From the NCBI GenBank assembly GCA_951406725.2, contig OX597838.1, forward strand, positions 36,208,001 through 36,272,000: 64,000 nt of DNA, read 5' to 3'. The notes below the pieces were generated by a model. It was not told the DNA's origin and did not search any database. It worked only from the letters and a program-made list of their open reading frames with translations. The DNA comes from Octopus vulgaris (lineage: Eukaryota). The translations under genes were made by a program, and so were the position numbers. This document shows, in pieces, positions 27,651 through 41,990 of the stretch (positions are counted from its first letter, which is position 1; each line of letters begins with the position of its first letter).

Positions 27651-28034
27651 TAAATGTAGTCCTCAGGGAGATTCAACACGACACAGAATGTGAAAATACT
27701 GGGATCTTTGAAATTCAGGTGCAAATTGGGTGGACTAGAGCAACGTAAAATAAGTGTTTCTTGTGCAAGAGCCGTAATTCACTGCCAGGAATCGAACTCA
27801 TAACCTAACAATCATGTGCTAAATACCCTAACCACTGAGCCATGCACCTTCAAATGTAGATTGCAGTCTACAGCATTCAAAACAACACATCCTTGTTAAA
27901 TTGAATGTGCTAATTAATATTCATGTGGACTTTTCTAAGAATAGCATGGACCAATTACATCAGATTATTTATGTATGTATGTATGTATGTATGTATGTAT
28001 GTATGTGTGTGTGTGTATGTATGTGTGTGTGTGT

Positions 28035-28363
28035 AATAGAAACTGCAGCTGTGATACCAGTGCCGGTGACATGTAAGAGAACCATCCGAACGTGGCCGTT
28101 GCCAGCGCCGCCCCAACTGGCCTCATGCCGGTGGCATGTAAAAAGCACCCTCCGTTCGTGGCCGTTGCCAGACCTGCCTGGCCCCCGTGCCAGTGACACG
28201 TAAAAAGCACCATCCGATCGTGGTCGTTTGCCAGACTCGCCTGGCACCTAAAAAGCACCCACTACACTCACGGAGTGGTTGGCGTTAGGAAGGGCATCCA
28301 GCTGTAGAAACACTGCCAGATCAGATTGGGCCTGGTGCAGCCTTCTGGCTTCCCAGACCCCAG
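28035..28363 (+). mobile_element. Family C element with internal 58-bp repeats, 3' end lost
   Basis: AAAAAGCACC motif repeats; abuts mariner fragment. Confidence 0.8.
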
Positions 28364-28738
28364 ATGGAAGGTGTTCTTCCATCAGAATAATGCTCAGCCA
28401 CATACAGCAAGGATGACACTCCAAAGGCTGGAGTAGTTTGAATGGGAAACGATGCCCTACCCACCATATTTGTCAGACATTGCCCCCACAGTCCTCAAAA
28501 TCATTTGGATGTAAAACATATGAATTCTGTAAACAAGGTAAGAACAGTACTGAAGGAGTATTTTTCACGATGGACAAATGAGTTTTGGAAGAGGGGCCTT
28601 GCAAGTCTACCAGATAGATGGAAGAGCATTGTAGAAAATGGAGAGTTTATTTTAGAATGAAAAAGAAATTTATTCATCTTAATTTTGAAAAATAAAAGAA
28701 GTATAAAAATCTCCATTATTTGTGGGGTGACCCAATAT
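28364..28738 (+). pseudogene. Mariner transposase C-terminal relic + right TIR
   Basis: FFHQNNAQPHTA...WETMPYPPYLSDIAP (cf. HDNARPH, HPPYSPDLAP), FWKRGLASLPDRWKSIVENGEF; TIR CCATTATTTGTGGGGTGACCCAATA-TA; stop and deletions. Confidence 0.85.
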
Positions 28739-28897
28739 ATATGCACAAGCATGGTAGTGTGGTAAGAAGATTGTTTCCCAACCACATGTCTTGGAGTTCA
28801 GTCCCACTACCTGGCACTTTGGGCAAGTATCTTCTTCTATAGCCTCATCCTGACCAAACCCTTGTGAGTGGATTTGGTAGATGGAAACTGAAAGACG

Positions 28898-28933
<36 letters not shown>

Positions 28934-29774
28934 GTTTAACATCCGCTTTCCATGCTAGCAAGGGGTTGGACGATTTGACTGAGGACTGGCGAACCAGATG
29001 GCTGCACCAGGATCCAATCTGAACTGGATGCCCTCTCTAATGCCAACCACACTGAGAGGGTAGTGAGTGCTTTTACATGCCTATATAAGTATGTCAATAT
29101 CTTTGTGTCTGTGTTGTCCCCACCTCCCCACCACCATCACCACCACCACCACCACTACACAACTGGTGCTGGCGTGTTTATGTCCCTATAACTTAGTGGT
29201 TTGGCAAACCAAACTAATAGAATAAGTATCAGACTTTAAAAACAAAAAGGCACTGGGGTTGATGCATTCAACTAAGAATTGTTAAAGGTGGTGCCCCAGC
29301 ATGGCCGCAGTCTAAGGACTGAAACACGCAAAAGATAAAAGTTATATGATCCTGTTAAGAAGCTTGACATCTAGTTTGGAAAGGATTTCTTGGTGGTTAG
29401 GTACATGGAAGCGTTTACAATCAGAGTGGCCAGTCTCACCCAGAAAAGGGCTGCGAGGTTTCTTGCTCCGAAAGGTTGGAGCAGATGTGGCGAAGAACAT
29501 CTACGTCTCTTCTGATATTTATTACCCGACCTTCATGTCCTGCCCCTTGTTTTCATCGCTTTGGATTTGAAAAATATGGTCCTTTTTTTCCCTTGCTGTG
29601 GAAGAGATATATTCTGTTGTCCAGGAGGTGCATCTTCTGCGTCTAAGACCCTTTCTTTGCACAGCGGGAGAACGATTAAATGAAACGAACGGGAATAAAA
29701 CAGAAGATTGGTTTGTGGTAGGAAAACAGAAATGCATGCGGAATAAATCTTATGCTTAGATGTTGTACACATTG

Positions 29775-29920
29775 TGGTTGTGGCGGCAGCGGTGGTGGTG
29801 GCGGTGGCGGCGGTGGTGGTGGTGGCGGTGGTGATGGCGGTGGTATTGGCGGCGGTGGTGGTGGTGGTGTTGGTGGCGGCAGCGGCGAAGATGGTTTTGG
29901 TAGCGGTTGTTGTTGTGGTG
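29775..29920. repeat. (GGT/GGC)n low-complexity tract
   Basis: Direct inspection. Confidence 0.9.
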
Positions 29921-30338
29921 ATAGCAAAATGATGTGAGAAAAATTTGAAAGCGATGCAGATAAGGATAAGGAAGAGGGAAGTGGTAGATACAATCGCAGT
30001 TTATTGGGGATGAGGAAGAGTACGGTGGTGGTGAGGATGAGGATTATGATGATGATGATGATGATGATGATGACAGACATAAATGACGACAGCGATGATG
30101 ATGGTGATGGTCTGTCGCCCTTTTAATAATACATACAAACAATTTGCTTGACTACTTCCAATATATATGAGTATATATATGTGCGTGTATATATATATAT
30201 ACACATTTTCTCTCTCTCTCACACACACACACGTCTTTATTGTAACTAGAGATAGGAATCTTTATAATGTGCAAGTGTATGTATGGATGTATTTAGGTAG
30301 ATAAATAGTGTATGTGTCTATACAAAGCAAACACACTC

Positions 30339-30370
<32 letters not shown>

Positions 30371-30520
30371 TTATGTGTGTGTGTGCACGTAAATGTGTGT
30401 CACTACGAATGTGTAAGTATATATATATAAATACATATATGTATACATATGTGTATATGTTTGTATGTATACTTACGTGTGTGTATATACACAACACACT
30501 CACACACACAGGTATACAAA

Positions 30521-30556
<36 letters not shown>

Positions 30557-30567
30557 CATATATATAC

Positions 30568-30598
<31 letters not shown>

Positions 30599-31314
30599 CA
30601 CACACATGTATGTATGTATATACACAAAAAGCTTCATTACATTCTCTTTTTGTTCTTTAGTTTTTTGTCTTATACTGCAACCAATTAGCTCCAGTTTAGC
30701 CATGGCCCACTGCTGTGTTTCCAATCCTTCTTTCCATTCCTCACTACCTTCCTTGCCTTGGAACCAGAGAAAAGTCCGGAACTATCAGTAATAAAATGTG
30801 CGGGAGGTTAAACTTTATTCTTTAAATATTCATGAGAAAACAATTCTCGAGTCTGGCGTCCCTCCGAGTAAATTCATCACCGTTATTGAATAGACGAACA
30901 TGGCCAGGGAGCATGTATAATTCAATTAGGCCGCTTAGCACAGACCTCAACCAGTTCTGATTAGCTCGTTAGATCGTCAATGAACTCGTCGTTAATGACA
31001 CGACTTGGTGGGCAAGTGGAGTTTCCATTAATAATGATAAGAGAAGAAGAATAAATAAATAAAAAACTCTCAACTTCGTTTAGTGCTGGGGTTCAAATCC
31101 TGCTGGAGCAGTAAAGGAAAATCATGAAAAGATTTTTTTTAGAGATGAAATCACTCTCCGCTTCCTCTTTCTCCTTCACAACAACAACAACAACAACAGT
31201 AGTAGCCACACAGCCACAAGTACACCTGTAGGACAATGACAATGACGACGATAATATCTGGGTGTGTGTGTGTGTTTGTTGTGTTTGTGTTTGTTGTATG
31301 TGTTTGTGTGTGTG

Positions 31315-31670
31315 TGAGAACCATCCGAACGTGGCCGTAGCCAGCACCACATCGACTGGCCTCCGTGCTGGTGGCACGTAACAAACACCATCCGATCGTG
31401 GCCATGCCAGCACCGCCTGGCCTCCGTGCTGGTGGCACATAAAAAGCACCATCCAAGTGTGGCCGTTCGCCAGCCTCGTCTGGCAACTGTGTCGGTGGCA
31501 CATAAAAAGCACCCACTACACTCACGGAGTGGTTGGCGTTAGGAAGGGCATCCAGCTGTAGAAACACCGCCAGACCTGACTGGCCTGGTGCAGCCTTCGG
31601 GCTTCCCAGATCCCCGGTCGAACCATCCAACCCATGCTGGCATGGAGAACGGACGCTAAACGATGATGAT
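31315..31670 (+). mobile_element. Family C element
   Basis: Three internal repeats and (GAT)n tail. Confidence 0.85.
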
Positions 31671-31879
31671 GTGATGATGTGTGTGTATGTGAGTGTTATG
31701 TATCTTTGTGTCTGTGATTGTCCACCGAAATGCCTGACAGCTGGTGTTGGTTTGTTTGTGTCTCAGTAACTTAGCAGTTTGTCAAAGTAGACGGAAACAA
31801 TAAGCACCTGACTTGAAGATGGTACTCCAGCATGGTTGGAGTCCACCACTTGAAACAAGTGAAAGACAAAAGATAAAAG

Positions 31880-31931
<52 letters not shown>

Positions 31932-31944
31932 ATGTATAAATGTG

Positions 31945-32140
31945 TCATCATCATCATCATCGTTGTCAAACTCTGCTTTCCATGCTGGCATAGGTTGGAT
32001 GGCTTGAGAGGGACTGGTAAGGCCAGGGGCTGCACAAGGTTTCATATTCTGCTTTTGGCTTGGTTTCAACAGCTGGATGTCCTTCTAAACACCAACCACT
32101 TCGCAGAGTGTACTGAGTGCGTTTTACGTGGCACCAGCAA
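31945..32140 (-). mobile_element. Diverged family C element leading into the minisatellite
   Basis: (CAT)n...CAGCTGGATGTCCTTCTAAACACCAACC...GTGCGTTTTACGTGGCACC. Confidence 0.8.
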
Positions 32141-34972
32141 CAGTATTTTTTATTTGGCACCAGTACCAGTGCTTTTTACATGGCACCAGTACCAGTGCTT
32201 TTTACATGGCACCAGAACCAGTGCTTTTTACATGGCACCAGCACCAGTGCTTTTTACATGGCACCAGAACCAGTGCTTTTTACATGGCACCAGAACCAGT
32301 GCTTTTTACATGGCACCAGCAACAGTGCTTTTTACATGGCACCAGAACCAGTGCTTTTTACATGGCACCAGAACCAGTGCTTTTTACATGGCACCAGCAC
32401 CAGTGCTTTTTACATGGCACCAGAACCAGTGCTTTTTACATGGCACCAGAACCAGTGCTTTTTACATGGCACCAGCAACAGTGCTTTTTACATGGCACCA
32501 GAACCAGTGCTTTTTACATGGCACCAGCACCAGTGCTTTTTACATGGCACCAGAACCAGTGCTTTTTACATGGCACCAGAACCAGTGCTTTTTACATGGC
32601 ACCAGCACCAGTGCTTTTTACATGGCACCAGAACCAGTGCTTTTTACATGGCACCAGAACCAGTGCTTTTTACATGGCACCAGAACCAGTGCTTTTACAT
32701 GGCACCAGAACCAGTGCTTTTTACATGGCACCAGAACCAGTGCTTTTTACATGGCACCAGCACCAGTGCTTTTTACATGGCACCAGCAACAGTGCTTTTT
32801 ACATGGCACCAGCAACAGTGCTTTTTACATGGCACCAGAACCAGTGCTTTTTACATGGCACCAGAACCAGTGCTTTTACATGGCACCAGCACCAGTGCTT
32901 TTTACATGGCACCAGAACCAGTGCTTTTTACATGGCACCAGAACCAGTGCTTTTTACATGGCACCAGAACCAGTGCTTTTTACATGGCACCAGCACCAGT
33001 GCTTTTTACATGGCACCAGAACCAGTGCTTTTTACATGGCACCAGAACCAGTGCTTTTTACATGGCACCAGCACCAGTGCTTTTTACATGGCACCAGAAC
33101 CAGTGCTTTTTACATGGCACCAGAACCAGTGCTTTTACATGGCACCAGAACCAGTGCTTTTACATGGCACCAGAACCAGTGCTTTTACATGGCACCAGCA
33201 CCAGTGCTTTTTACATGGCACCAGCAACAGTGCTTTTACATGGCACCAGCAACAGTGCTTTTACATGGCACCAGAACCAGTGCTTTTTACATGGCACTAG
33301 AACCAGTGCTTTTTACATGGCACCAGCACCAGTGCTTTTTACATGGCACCAGAACCAGTGCTTTTACATGGCACCAGAACCAGTGCTTTTACATGGCACC
33401 AGCACCAGTGCTTTTTACATGGCACCAGCACCAGTGCTTTTTACATGGCACCAGAACCAGTGCTTTTACATGGCACCAGCACCAGTGCTTTTTACATGGC
33501 ACCAGAACCAGTGCTTTTTACATGGCACCAGCACCAGTGCTTTTTACATGGCACCAGAACCAGTGCTTTTTACATGGCACCAGAACCAGTGCTTTTACCT
33601 GGCACCAGAACCAGTGCGTTTTACATGGCACCAGAACCAGTGCTTTTTACATGGCACCAGAACCAGTGCTTTTTACATGGCACCAGCACCAGTGCTTTTA
33701 CATGGCACCAGAACCAGTGCTTTTACATGGCACCAGAACCAGTGCTTTTTACATGGCACCAGCACCAGTGCTTTTTACATGGCACCAGAACCAGTGCTTT
33801 TTACATGGCACCAGAACCAGTGCTTTTACATGGCACCAGAACCAGTGCTTTTTACCTGGCACCAGAACCAGTGCGTTTTACATGGCACCAGAACCAGTGC
33901 TTTTTACATGGCACCAGAACCAGTGCTTTTTACATTGCACCAGCACCAGTGCTTTTTACATGGCACCAGAACCAGTGCTTTTTACATGGCACCAGCACCA
34001 GTGCTTTTTACATGGCACCAGAACCAGTGCTTTTTACATGGCACCAGAACCAGTGCTTTTTACATGGCACCAGCACCAGTGCTTTTTACATGGCACCAGC
34101 AACAGTGCTTTTTACCTGGCACCAGCAACAGTGCTTTTACATGGCACCAGAACCAGTGCTTTTTACATGGCACCAGAACCAGTGCTTTTTACATGGCACC
34201 AGAACCAATGCTTTTTACATGGCACCAGCAACAGTGCTTTTTACCTGGCACCAGCAACAGTGCTTTTTACATGGCACCAGAACCAGTGCTTTTTACATGG
34301 CACCAGAACCAGTGCTTTTACCTGGCACCAGCAACAGTGCTTTTTACATGGCACCAGAACCAGTGCTTTTTACATGGCACCAGAACCAGTGCTTTTTACA
34401 TGGCACCAGCACCAGTGCTTTTACATGGCACCAGAACCAGTGCTTTTTACATGGCACCAGAACCAGTGCTTTTTACATGGCACCAGAAGCAGTGCTTTTA
34501 CATGGCACCAGAACCAGTGCTTTTTACATGGCACCAGCACCAGTGCTTTTTACATGGCACCAGAACCAGTGCTTTTTACATGGCACCAGAACCAGTGCTT
34601 TTACATGGCACCAGCACCAGTGCTTTTTACATGGCACCAGCAACAGTGCTTTTTACCTGGCACCAGCAACAGTGCTTTTTACATGGCACCAGAACCAGTG
34701 CTTTTTACATGGCACCAGAACCAGTGCTTTTTACATGGCACCAGAACCAGTGCTTTTTACATGGCACCAGAACCAGTGCTTTTTACATGGCACCAGAACC
34801 AGTGCTTTTTACATGGCACCAGAACCAGTGCTTTTTACCTGGCACCGGCAACAGTGCTTTTTACGTGGCACCAGCACCAGTGCTTTTTACATGGCACCAG
34901 CACCAGTGCTTTTTATGTGGCACCATCCCCAGTGCTTTTTACATGGCACCAGCAACAGTGCTTTTTACGTGC
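32117..34972. repeat. 26-bp (25-bp variant) minisatellite, ~110 copies
   Basis: Unit GTGCTTTTTACATGGCACCAGAACCA with GAACC/GCACC/GCAAC and T4/T5 variants; no unique spacers. Confidence 0.97.
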
Positions 34973-35635
34973 AACCTTGGATTGTGTGTGTATGTGTTTC
35001 TGTGTGCAATTAAACAGACATCACTTGATGGTTGTAAACGAGTATCATCGTCATATAAGTGGGGTGGTTTGTGTCCTGCCTTCTGTGAGAAAACATAGCT
35101 GCATGTTTGGCTGTGGGAGGCACACCATCTGCGAAGGTTGCTAAGCGAGTAATTGCTGAACTGTCTTTCTCAGGCCAGGAATCAGACTTGCAAACACCTG
35201 GAAAGGCGAGAATTTATGAGATCACTTTCATGGCCAGCGAGCTTCTTATACATGGCTGCATGTTAGCACATAATGGATTATTAATACTGATACCAATTAC
35301 TAATGTTCTGTTGGGTCAATGTACATGTGTAAAGATGTCCAGCCAAGTGCGTTAATAGACTTCAACACAAGACAAAAGAGGAACGGCATTGTGATAACCG
35401 GAGAAGGATTTTGCTGCTAGTAATACGAGCAACATCCACTGTCTGTTCATCGATCAATACACATGCATCTACACGCACACACACACACACACAAACACAC
35501 ACATGCACACACACACACAAAGACACAAACGTATATATAAAGTGTATGAGTGTGTCATGTGTGTGCAAATATATATACATGTATAATATTTCTATACGTA
35601 TGTCAGGAAAGTAAATATATTATGCGTGCCTATAT

Positions 35636-36052
35636 ACTCTTTTACTCTTTTACTTGTTTCAGTCATTTGACTGCGGCCATGCTGGAGCACCGCCTCTAGT
35701 CGAGCAAATCGACCACGGGACTTATTCTTTGTAAGCCCAGTACTTATTCTATCGGTTTCTATTGCCAAACCGCTAAGTGACGGAAATGTAAACACACCAG
35801 CATCGGTTGTCAAGCAATGCTAGGGGGACAAACACAGACACACAAACCCTCCTCCCCACACACACACATATATATATATACATATATACGACAGGCTTCT
35901 TTCAGTTTCCATCTACCAAATCCACTCACAAGGCATTGGTCGGGCGGGGCTATAGCAAAAGACACATGCCCAAGATGCCACGCAGTGGGACTGAACCCGG
36001 AACCATGTGGTTGGTTAGCAAGCTACTTACCACACAGCCACTCCTGCGCCTG
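35636..36052 (-). mobile_element. SINE A
   Basis: Family match. Confidence 0.9.
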
Positions 36053-36494
36053 TATGTATGCATTCACACACACACTCACACATACACACACATAGGGTGG
36101 GCCAAAAATCACACTCAGAATAAGTTCAATATGTTCCGAAATTAAGACATGCTTCAATTTTTCTAAAGTTGAATAAAATAAATTGTATAATGGTGAAAAC
36201 ACACATCCTTTTGCATGATGAATAAAATTAATAATAATAATAATAATTTATATATTTGTTGTGCAAGATTTTTAATGTGAAGTCGTGTGTTGAAACAAAT
36301 ATTGTTATATTTCAGAATGGTCATTTTGCCAGTTTAGCCAATAAAAACACACGCATTACCACATTTTTGACGGTAGTGTGTGTTATCAAAGAGGAAATAA
36401 TTGTTTGTCAGAATGAACTTGAGTGATTCCATCTATCTATATATATATGTATATAATCCTATCTATCTATCTATCTATCTATCTATATATATGT

Positions 36495-36770
36495 ATTGCC
36501 AGCCTCGCCTGGCCCCCGTGCCGGTGGCACATAAAAAGCACCATCCGATCGTGGCCATTTGCCAGCTCCGTCTGGCACCTGTTCCGGTGGCATGTAAAAA
36601 GCACCCACTACACTCATGGAGTGGTTGGCGTTAGGAAGGGCAACCAGCTGTAGAAACATTGCCAGATGAGACTGGGCCTGGTGCAGCCTTCTGGCTTCCC
36701 AGAACCCGGTTGAACTGTCCAACCCATGCTAGCATGGAAAGCGGATGCTAAACGATGATGATGATGATGA
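36495..36770 (+). mobile_element. Family C element
   Basis: Family match, (GAT)n tail. Confidence 0.85.
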
Positions 36771-36951
36771 TTTATGTACAATGGGCTTCTTTCAGTTTCT
36801 GTCTATCAAATTTCAATCACAATGCTTTGGTCAGCCCGGGGCTATGGCAGAAAACACTAACCCTACATGCCACACAGTGGGACTGAACCTGGGTCCATGT
36901 GGTTGGGATGCAAGCTTCTTACCACACAGCCTTGCCTGCATCTGTATATAA

Positions 36952-36990
<39 letters not shown>

Positions 36991-37354
36991 TGAGACGAGG
37001 GGTATGATGGTCCAAGAGAAAGTGCTATTATAATGGTATTAATTGCCATCATAAAGGAATGTACAAGGTCAGGTTCTTGCTTTGCTCTAGGTTTGCTCAG
37101 GAATATGCAGTTGGGGGTAAGATGGAGTAGAAGTGACCACACTGGTGAAAAAAAACATTGATATGGACCCATTTTTTGCCTTTTGTGATTAAGTGTCTCT
37201 CTTTGATCTGACGGAATTTATCGCAAAAGGCCAGCCACGATGACAAAAGTAATTTAGCAGCAGAAGTTGGAATAGATTATTTATTTTAGCATAGAAGAAA
37301 GCAATATAAAAAGCACTTTTATCTCAGTGATCAGTCGGTTCTCAGATACATAAG

Positions 37355-37708
<354 letters not shown>

Positions 37709-37848
37709 TGCTATTAAGTCAATAGGTGAAACTTAACTGCCTCAGTCAACATGGATTTTACACACACATACACATCTCTCCAGCTAATCCAGCCATCCAT
37801 CTGTTTGTCAACCTATCTATCTATTTATCTCTCTGTCTATCTGTTTCC

Positions 37849-37933
<85 letters not shown>

Positions 37934-38049
37934 CACCTACCTATCTAACTAGCTATCTATCAATCTGTCTGTCTGTCTGTCTGTTTCCTCATTTATCTGT
38001 CTGTCTGTCCATTTCCCTATCTGTCTGCCTGCCTGTCTGTCTGTCTATA

Positions 38050-38144
38050 AAGAATAATTTTTGAAAAGAAAACCTCTACATTTGTATTTGTCCCCTCTGT
38101 GTTCAGCCCTGTGTGGCAAATAAAGAAAGTTATCTATCTGTCTG

Positions 38145-38201
<57 letters not shown>

Positions 38202-38395
38202 ATATCTATCTTTTTTCTTTTCTGTTTCTTTTTTGTTCTTTTTTCCCTTTTACGATCCCTTTTGATCCAAAACCTACGCAACCTTTTTTTTGTTTGTTTC
38301 TTTTGTTTTTTTGCTTTTTTCATCCCCCAAAAGAAAAGCTCTACCTTGTAACTTGTCCCATCTGTGTGCAGCCCTGTGTGGCCAATAAAGAAACT
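38050..38395 (+). mobile_element. Two Tx1-type 3' ends in (TCTA)n
   Basis: 38050-38130 and 38208-38395; the latter is near-identical to 10490-10660. Confidence 0.7.
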
Positions 38396-38708
38396 TATCT
38401 ATCTATCTGTCTGTCTGTCTGTTTGTCTGTTGGCCTGTCTATCTCTTTCTCTCTCTACCAATATGAATATCAGTTGGCTAATACCCATGGATGCGGCAGC
38501 TTGCTGCAACTTGCCCCCAACACCATTCATCCTGGATTGCCTCCTTGCCGCTGGACGAGTAACAGATAAGTTCAGTTGGGTAGTGAAGGATTACATACCC
38601 TTATCACTGGACACAAACCTTTGCATAGTCTTCAATCCATCTTGGACTTCTTCCTTCACTTTCTTCCACTTTGAAAGCTACCCAACATATGACCAATATG
38701 CATATATG

Positions 38709-38761
<53 letters not shown>

Positions 38762-38762
<1 letters not shown>

Positions 38763-39133
38763 ATCAAAATCAAAATCGATCAACATCAATGGAAATTGTA
38801 GTTGCGATACCAGTGCCAGTGGCACTTAAGAGAATCATCCGAACGTGGCTGTTGCCTGCGCCACCCCGACTGGACTCCGTGCCAGTGGCATGTAAAAAGC
38901 ACCATCCGATCGTGGCCATTGCCAGCCTTGTATGGCACCTGTGCCGGTAGCACGTAAAAAGCACCCACTACACTCACGGAGTGGTTGGCGTTAGGAAGAG
39001 CATCCAGCTGTAGAAACACTGCCAGATCAGACTGAAGCCTGGTGCAGCCTTCTGGTTTCCCAAACCCCAGTTGAACCGTCCAACCCATGCTAGCATGGAA
39101 GGCGGATGTTAAACGATGATGATGATGATGATG
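38762..39133 (+). mobile_element. Family C element, apparently full length
   Basis: 5' ATCAACATCAATGGAAATTG also seen at 60630-60652 (minus). Confidence 0.85.
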
Positions 39134-39205
39134 ATATATATATATACATATACATATATATACATTTCTGGTATAAGTTCAACATTAAAGCATGTAAGGC
39201 TATCG

Positions 39206-39245
<40 letters not shown>

Positions 39246-39380
39246 TCTGTATGTTTCCTCAGTTATATTATTAGTAAAGTTCAATCGAATTTGTTTTTGT
39301 TTTGGAAAGAATAGAATATTAAAACTTTCACGTTTATATTAATAATTATGGAAGACTAGTGGGGATATTATCAGTATGGA

Positions 39381-39411
<31 letters not shown>

Positions 39412-39911
39412 CGGAGTTAGTTATAGATTTACTAATTGAATTTATTTACTGATACTGTTTTTGTACATACGGTAAATGTGTTCCTTTGTTGTAGTCTAAT
39501 TAATAAAATTAGTGTTTAATCCTTCCTAGAATTAAGACTGAATGAATGTGGTGATATCTTAAGTATGTTTGTTCCCAAACAACACTTATTTTAGTGCTGT
39601 TGACACTGCTGGATTGAGTGGTACTGCCCAAGTGTCAAAACCACAATGATATCTGTGGGGCAGCTGATGATGGAGGTATGCTGGATTGTTGGTATGGCTG
39701 TTATTGTATGTGCGGAACAGTTTTATAACACATCCATTTGATACATACATATATATATATATATATACACACACATATACATATACACACACACATATAT
39801 ATATATGCATACACACACACATGCGCACACACTCATGTATATATGTAAAGCTTTTGAAGCATGTTCTCAATATTGCAGCATTGCAGTTTGCTACCAACAC
39901 CACCACCACCA

Positions 39912-39947
<36 letters not shown>

Positions 39948-40602
39948 TACATGCCCACAGCCGCACATCACCCACCCCACCCCGCCCCAGCCCCAGTGTC
40001 TAACCTTACCCCCACCCTACCACCTTCACACAGTGTTAATTACTTTTTGACACGAATTAAGAGCAACAACAAAAACAAAAACAACATAAAAGCAACAACT
40101 ACAGTATAAATAATAGACGTGTGTGTGTGTGTGTGTTTTGTTTTTTTTGTGTTTTATTTTATTTTGCTTTTATTTTCACTTTACTGTTGCTTTTTTTTGT
40201 TCTTTTAATTTTCATTTCATTATATTTTCTTTCTCTTTGTATTAATTTCAATTTGTGTTGTATGTCTTCTTGATTAAGTTATTTGTGTGTGTGTGTTTGT
40301 CTTTGACTTTGATGTGTATGTGTGTGTTTGTGTGTGTGTGTGTGCTACCTTCAAGGTTGTTTTTTTCCTTTTCTATCTCGCCCACAAATGCATAACACAC
40401 GTGTGTGTGTGTGTGCGTATGCATATAATCCATACATGTGTGTGTCTCTACACATACATCTTGTGATGTGTGTGTGTGTGTGTGTATATACATATATATA
40501 TATATATATACACAACTTATAATAACACACACACACATATATATACACATATACATATATATATATGTATCTATACATCTACATCTGAGAATATATATAT
40601 AT

Positions 40603-40819
40603 ATTTCTTTACTGTCCACAAGGGGCTAAACACAGAGGGGACAAACAAGGACAGACAAAGGGATTATGTTGATTACATCGACCCCAGTGTGAAACTGGTA
40701 CTTTATTTATCGACCCCGAAAGGATGAAAGGCAAAGTTGACCTCGGCGGAATTTGAACTCACAACGTAACGGCAGACGAAATACGGCTACGCATTTCGCC
40801 CGGCACGCTAACGTTTCTG
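40603..40819 (-). mobile_element. SINE B
   Basis: Family match. Confidence 0.9.
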
Positions 40820-40921
40820 TTTGTGTGTGTGTATGTGTGTAAGCTGTCCAATCCATGCCAACATGGGAGGACTTTAAATAATGATGGTAATGATATATAC
40901 AAATATTTAATTATGTGTTTG

Positions 40922-40963
<42 letters not shown>

Positions 40964-41540
40964 CACACATACATACATACGTGTGTGCGCAAAAGGTGTA
41001 TATTGATACATATTACCATGTTCAATAGATAATACCTGGGTACCGTTTGAAATGCACCACCACCACCACCACCACCACCATCATTGTCAACACATCGTAG
41101 TGCAAGCATGCGTGAAATTTGGTGCAGTCACTTGGCAACAGTCTGCAGGACTTTTGCAGTACACTGTATTGCACCATGACCATACTCTCTCACACCTCTT
41201 CCTGCACAGCACACAAGTATATATATGCATGTACACACGTACATCTATGTGAATGCATACACACTCACACACACACACATGTGTATATACATATACTTAC
41301 ATGTTTATATGTAAATGTGTGTATATATATATATATGTGTGTGTATGTATATTCGTATACAGATAAATGTATTTGTGTGTGTATGTAAATCTTTCAGTCT
41401 TTCTATGTCTCTCTTGCTATGTGTGTGTGTGTGTGTGTGTGCACATATTGCATACATGTATATATACATATTCATATGCATGGTGTGTGTGTATATATTT
41501 ATATTTTTACACACATACACTCCATATATATATATATATA

Positions 41541-41990
41541 TCTTTATATATAAAAGAGAGGTTGTGTGGTGTCTGTCTCCTACGATTTAGATTCCTAACT
41601 ACTCCCACATTTTGCGGTGCAGTTTAACCAAAACTGGGTATCTTATAGTCGTGATTCATATCGAGCCCTTCTGGGTATTAGCGTGCATCTACGATGAATC
41701 TACGATTTAAAAAAAAATTTACCATCAATTCTTCCCATTTTTTAATGCATTTTTGGCATATATAAGGGAAGTAAGTCTCTAAAAATTTATTATTAAATCT
41801 CAGAACGTAAAAAGCTACAGTAACACCCCCCCCTTTGTGGTTAGCCATATTGAGATGGCATCCAGCTGTAGAAACACTGCCAGATCTGACTGGACTGGTG
41901 CAGCTTTCGGGCTCCCCAGACCCCAGTTGAACCGTCCAACCCATGCTAGCATGGAAAGCGGACGTTAAATGATGACGATGATGATGATGA
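41541..41990 (+). mobile_element. Helitron-like 5' part fused to family C 3' part
   Basis: TCTTTATATATAAAA start; switch at GATGGC|ATCCAGCTG ~41858. Confidence 0.75.

Noticed and set aside
32117-34972. CRISPR array
   Set aside because: No unique spacers, no cas genes, eukaryotic context.
31890-35144. 1084-aa, 993-aa and other long ORFs
   Set aside because: Produced by a stop-free 26-bp unit open in all plus frames; indels shift frame freely.
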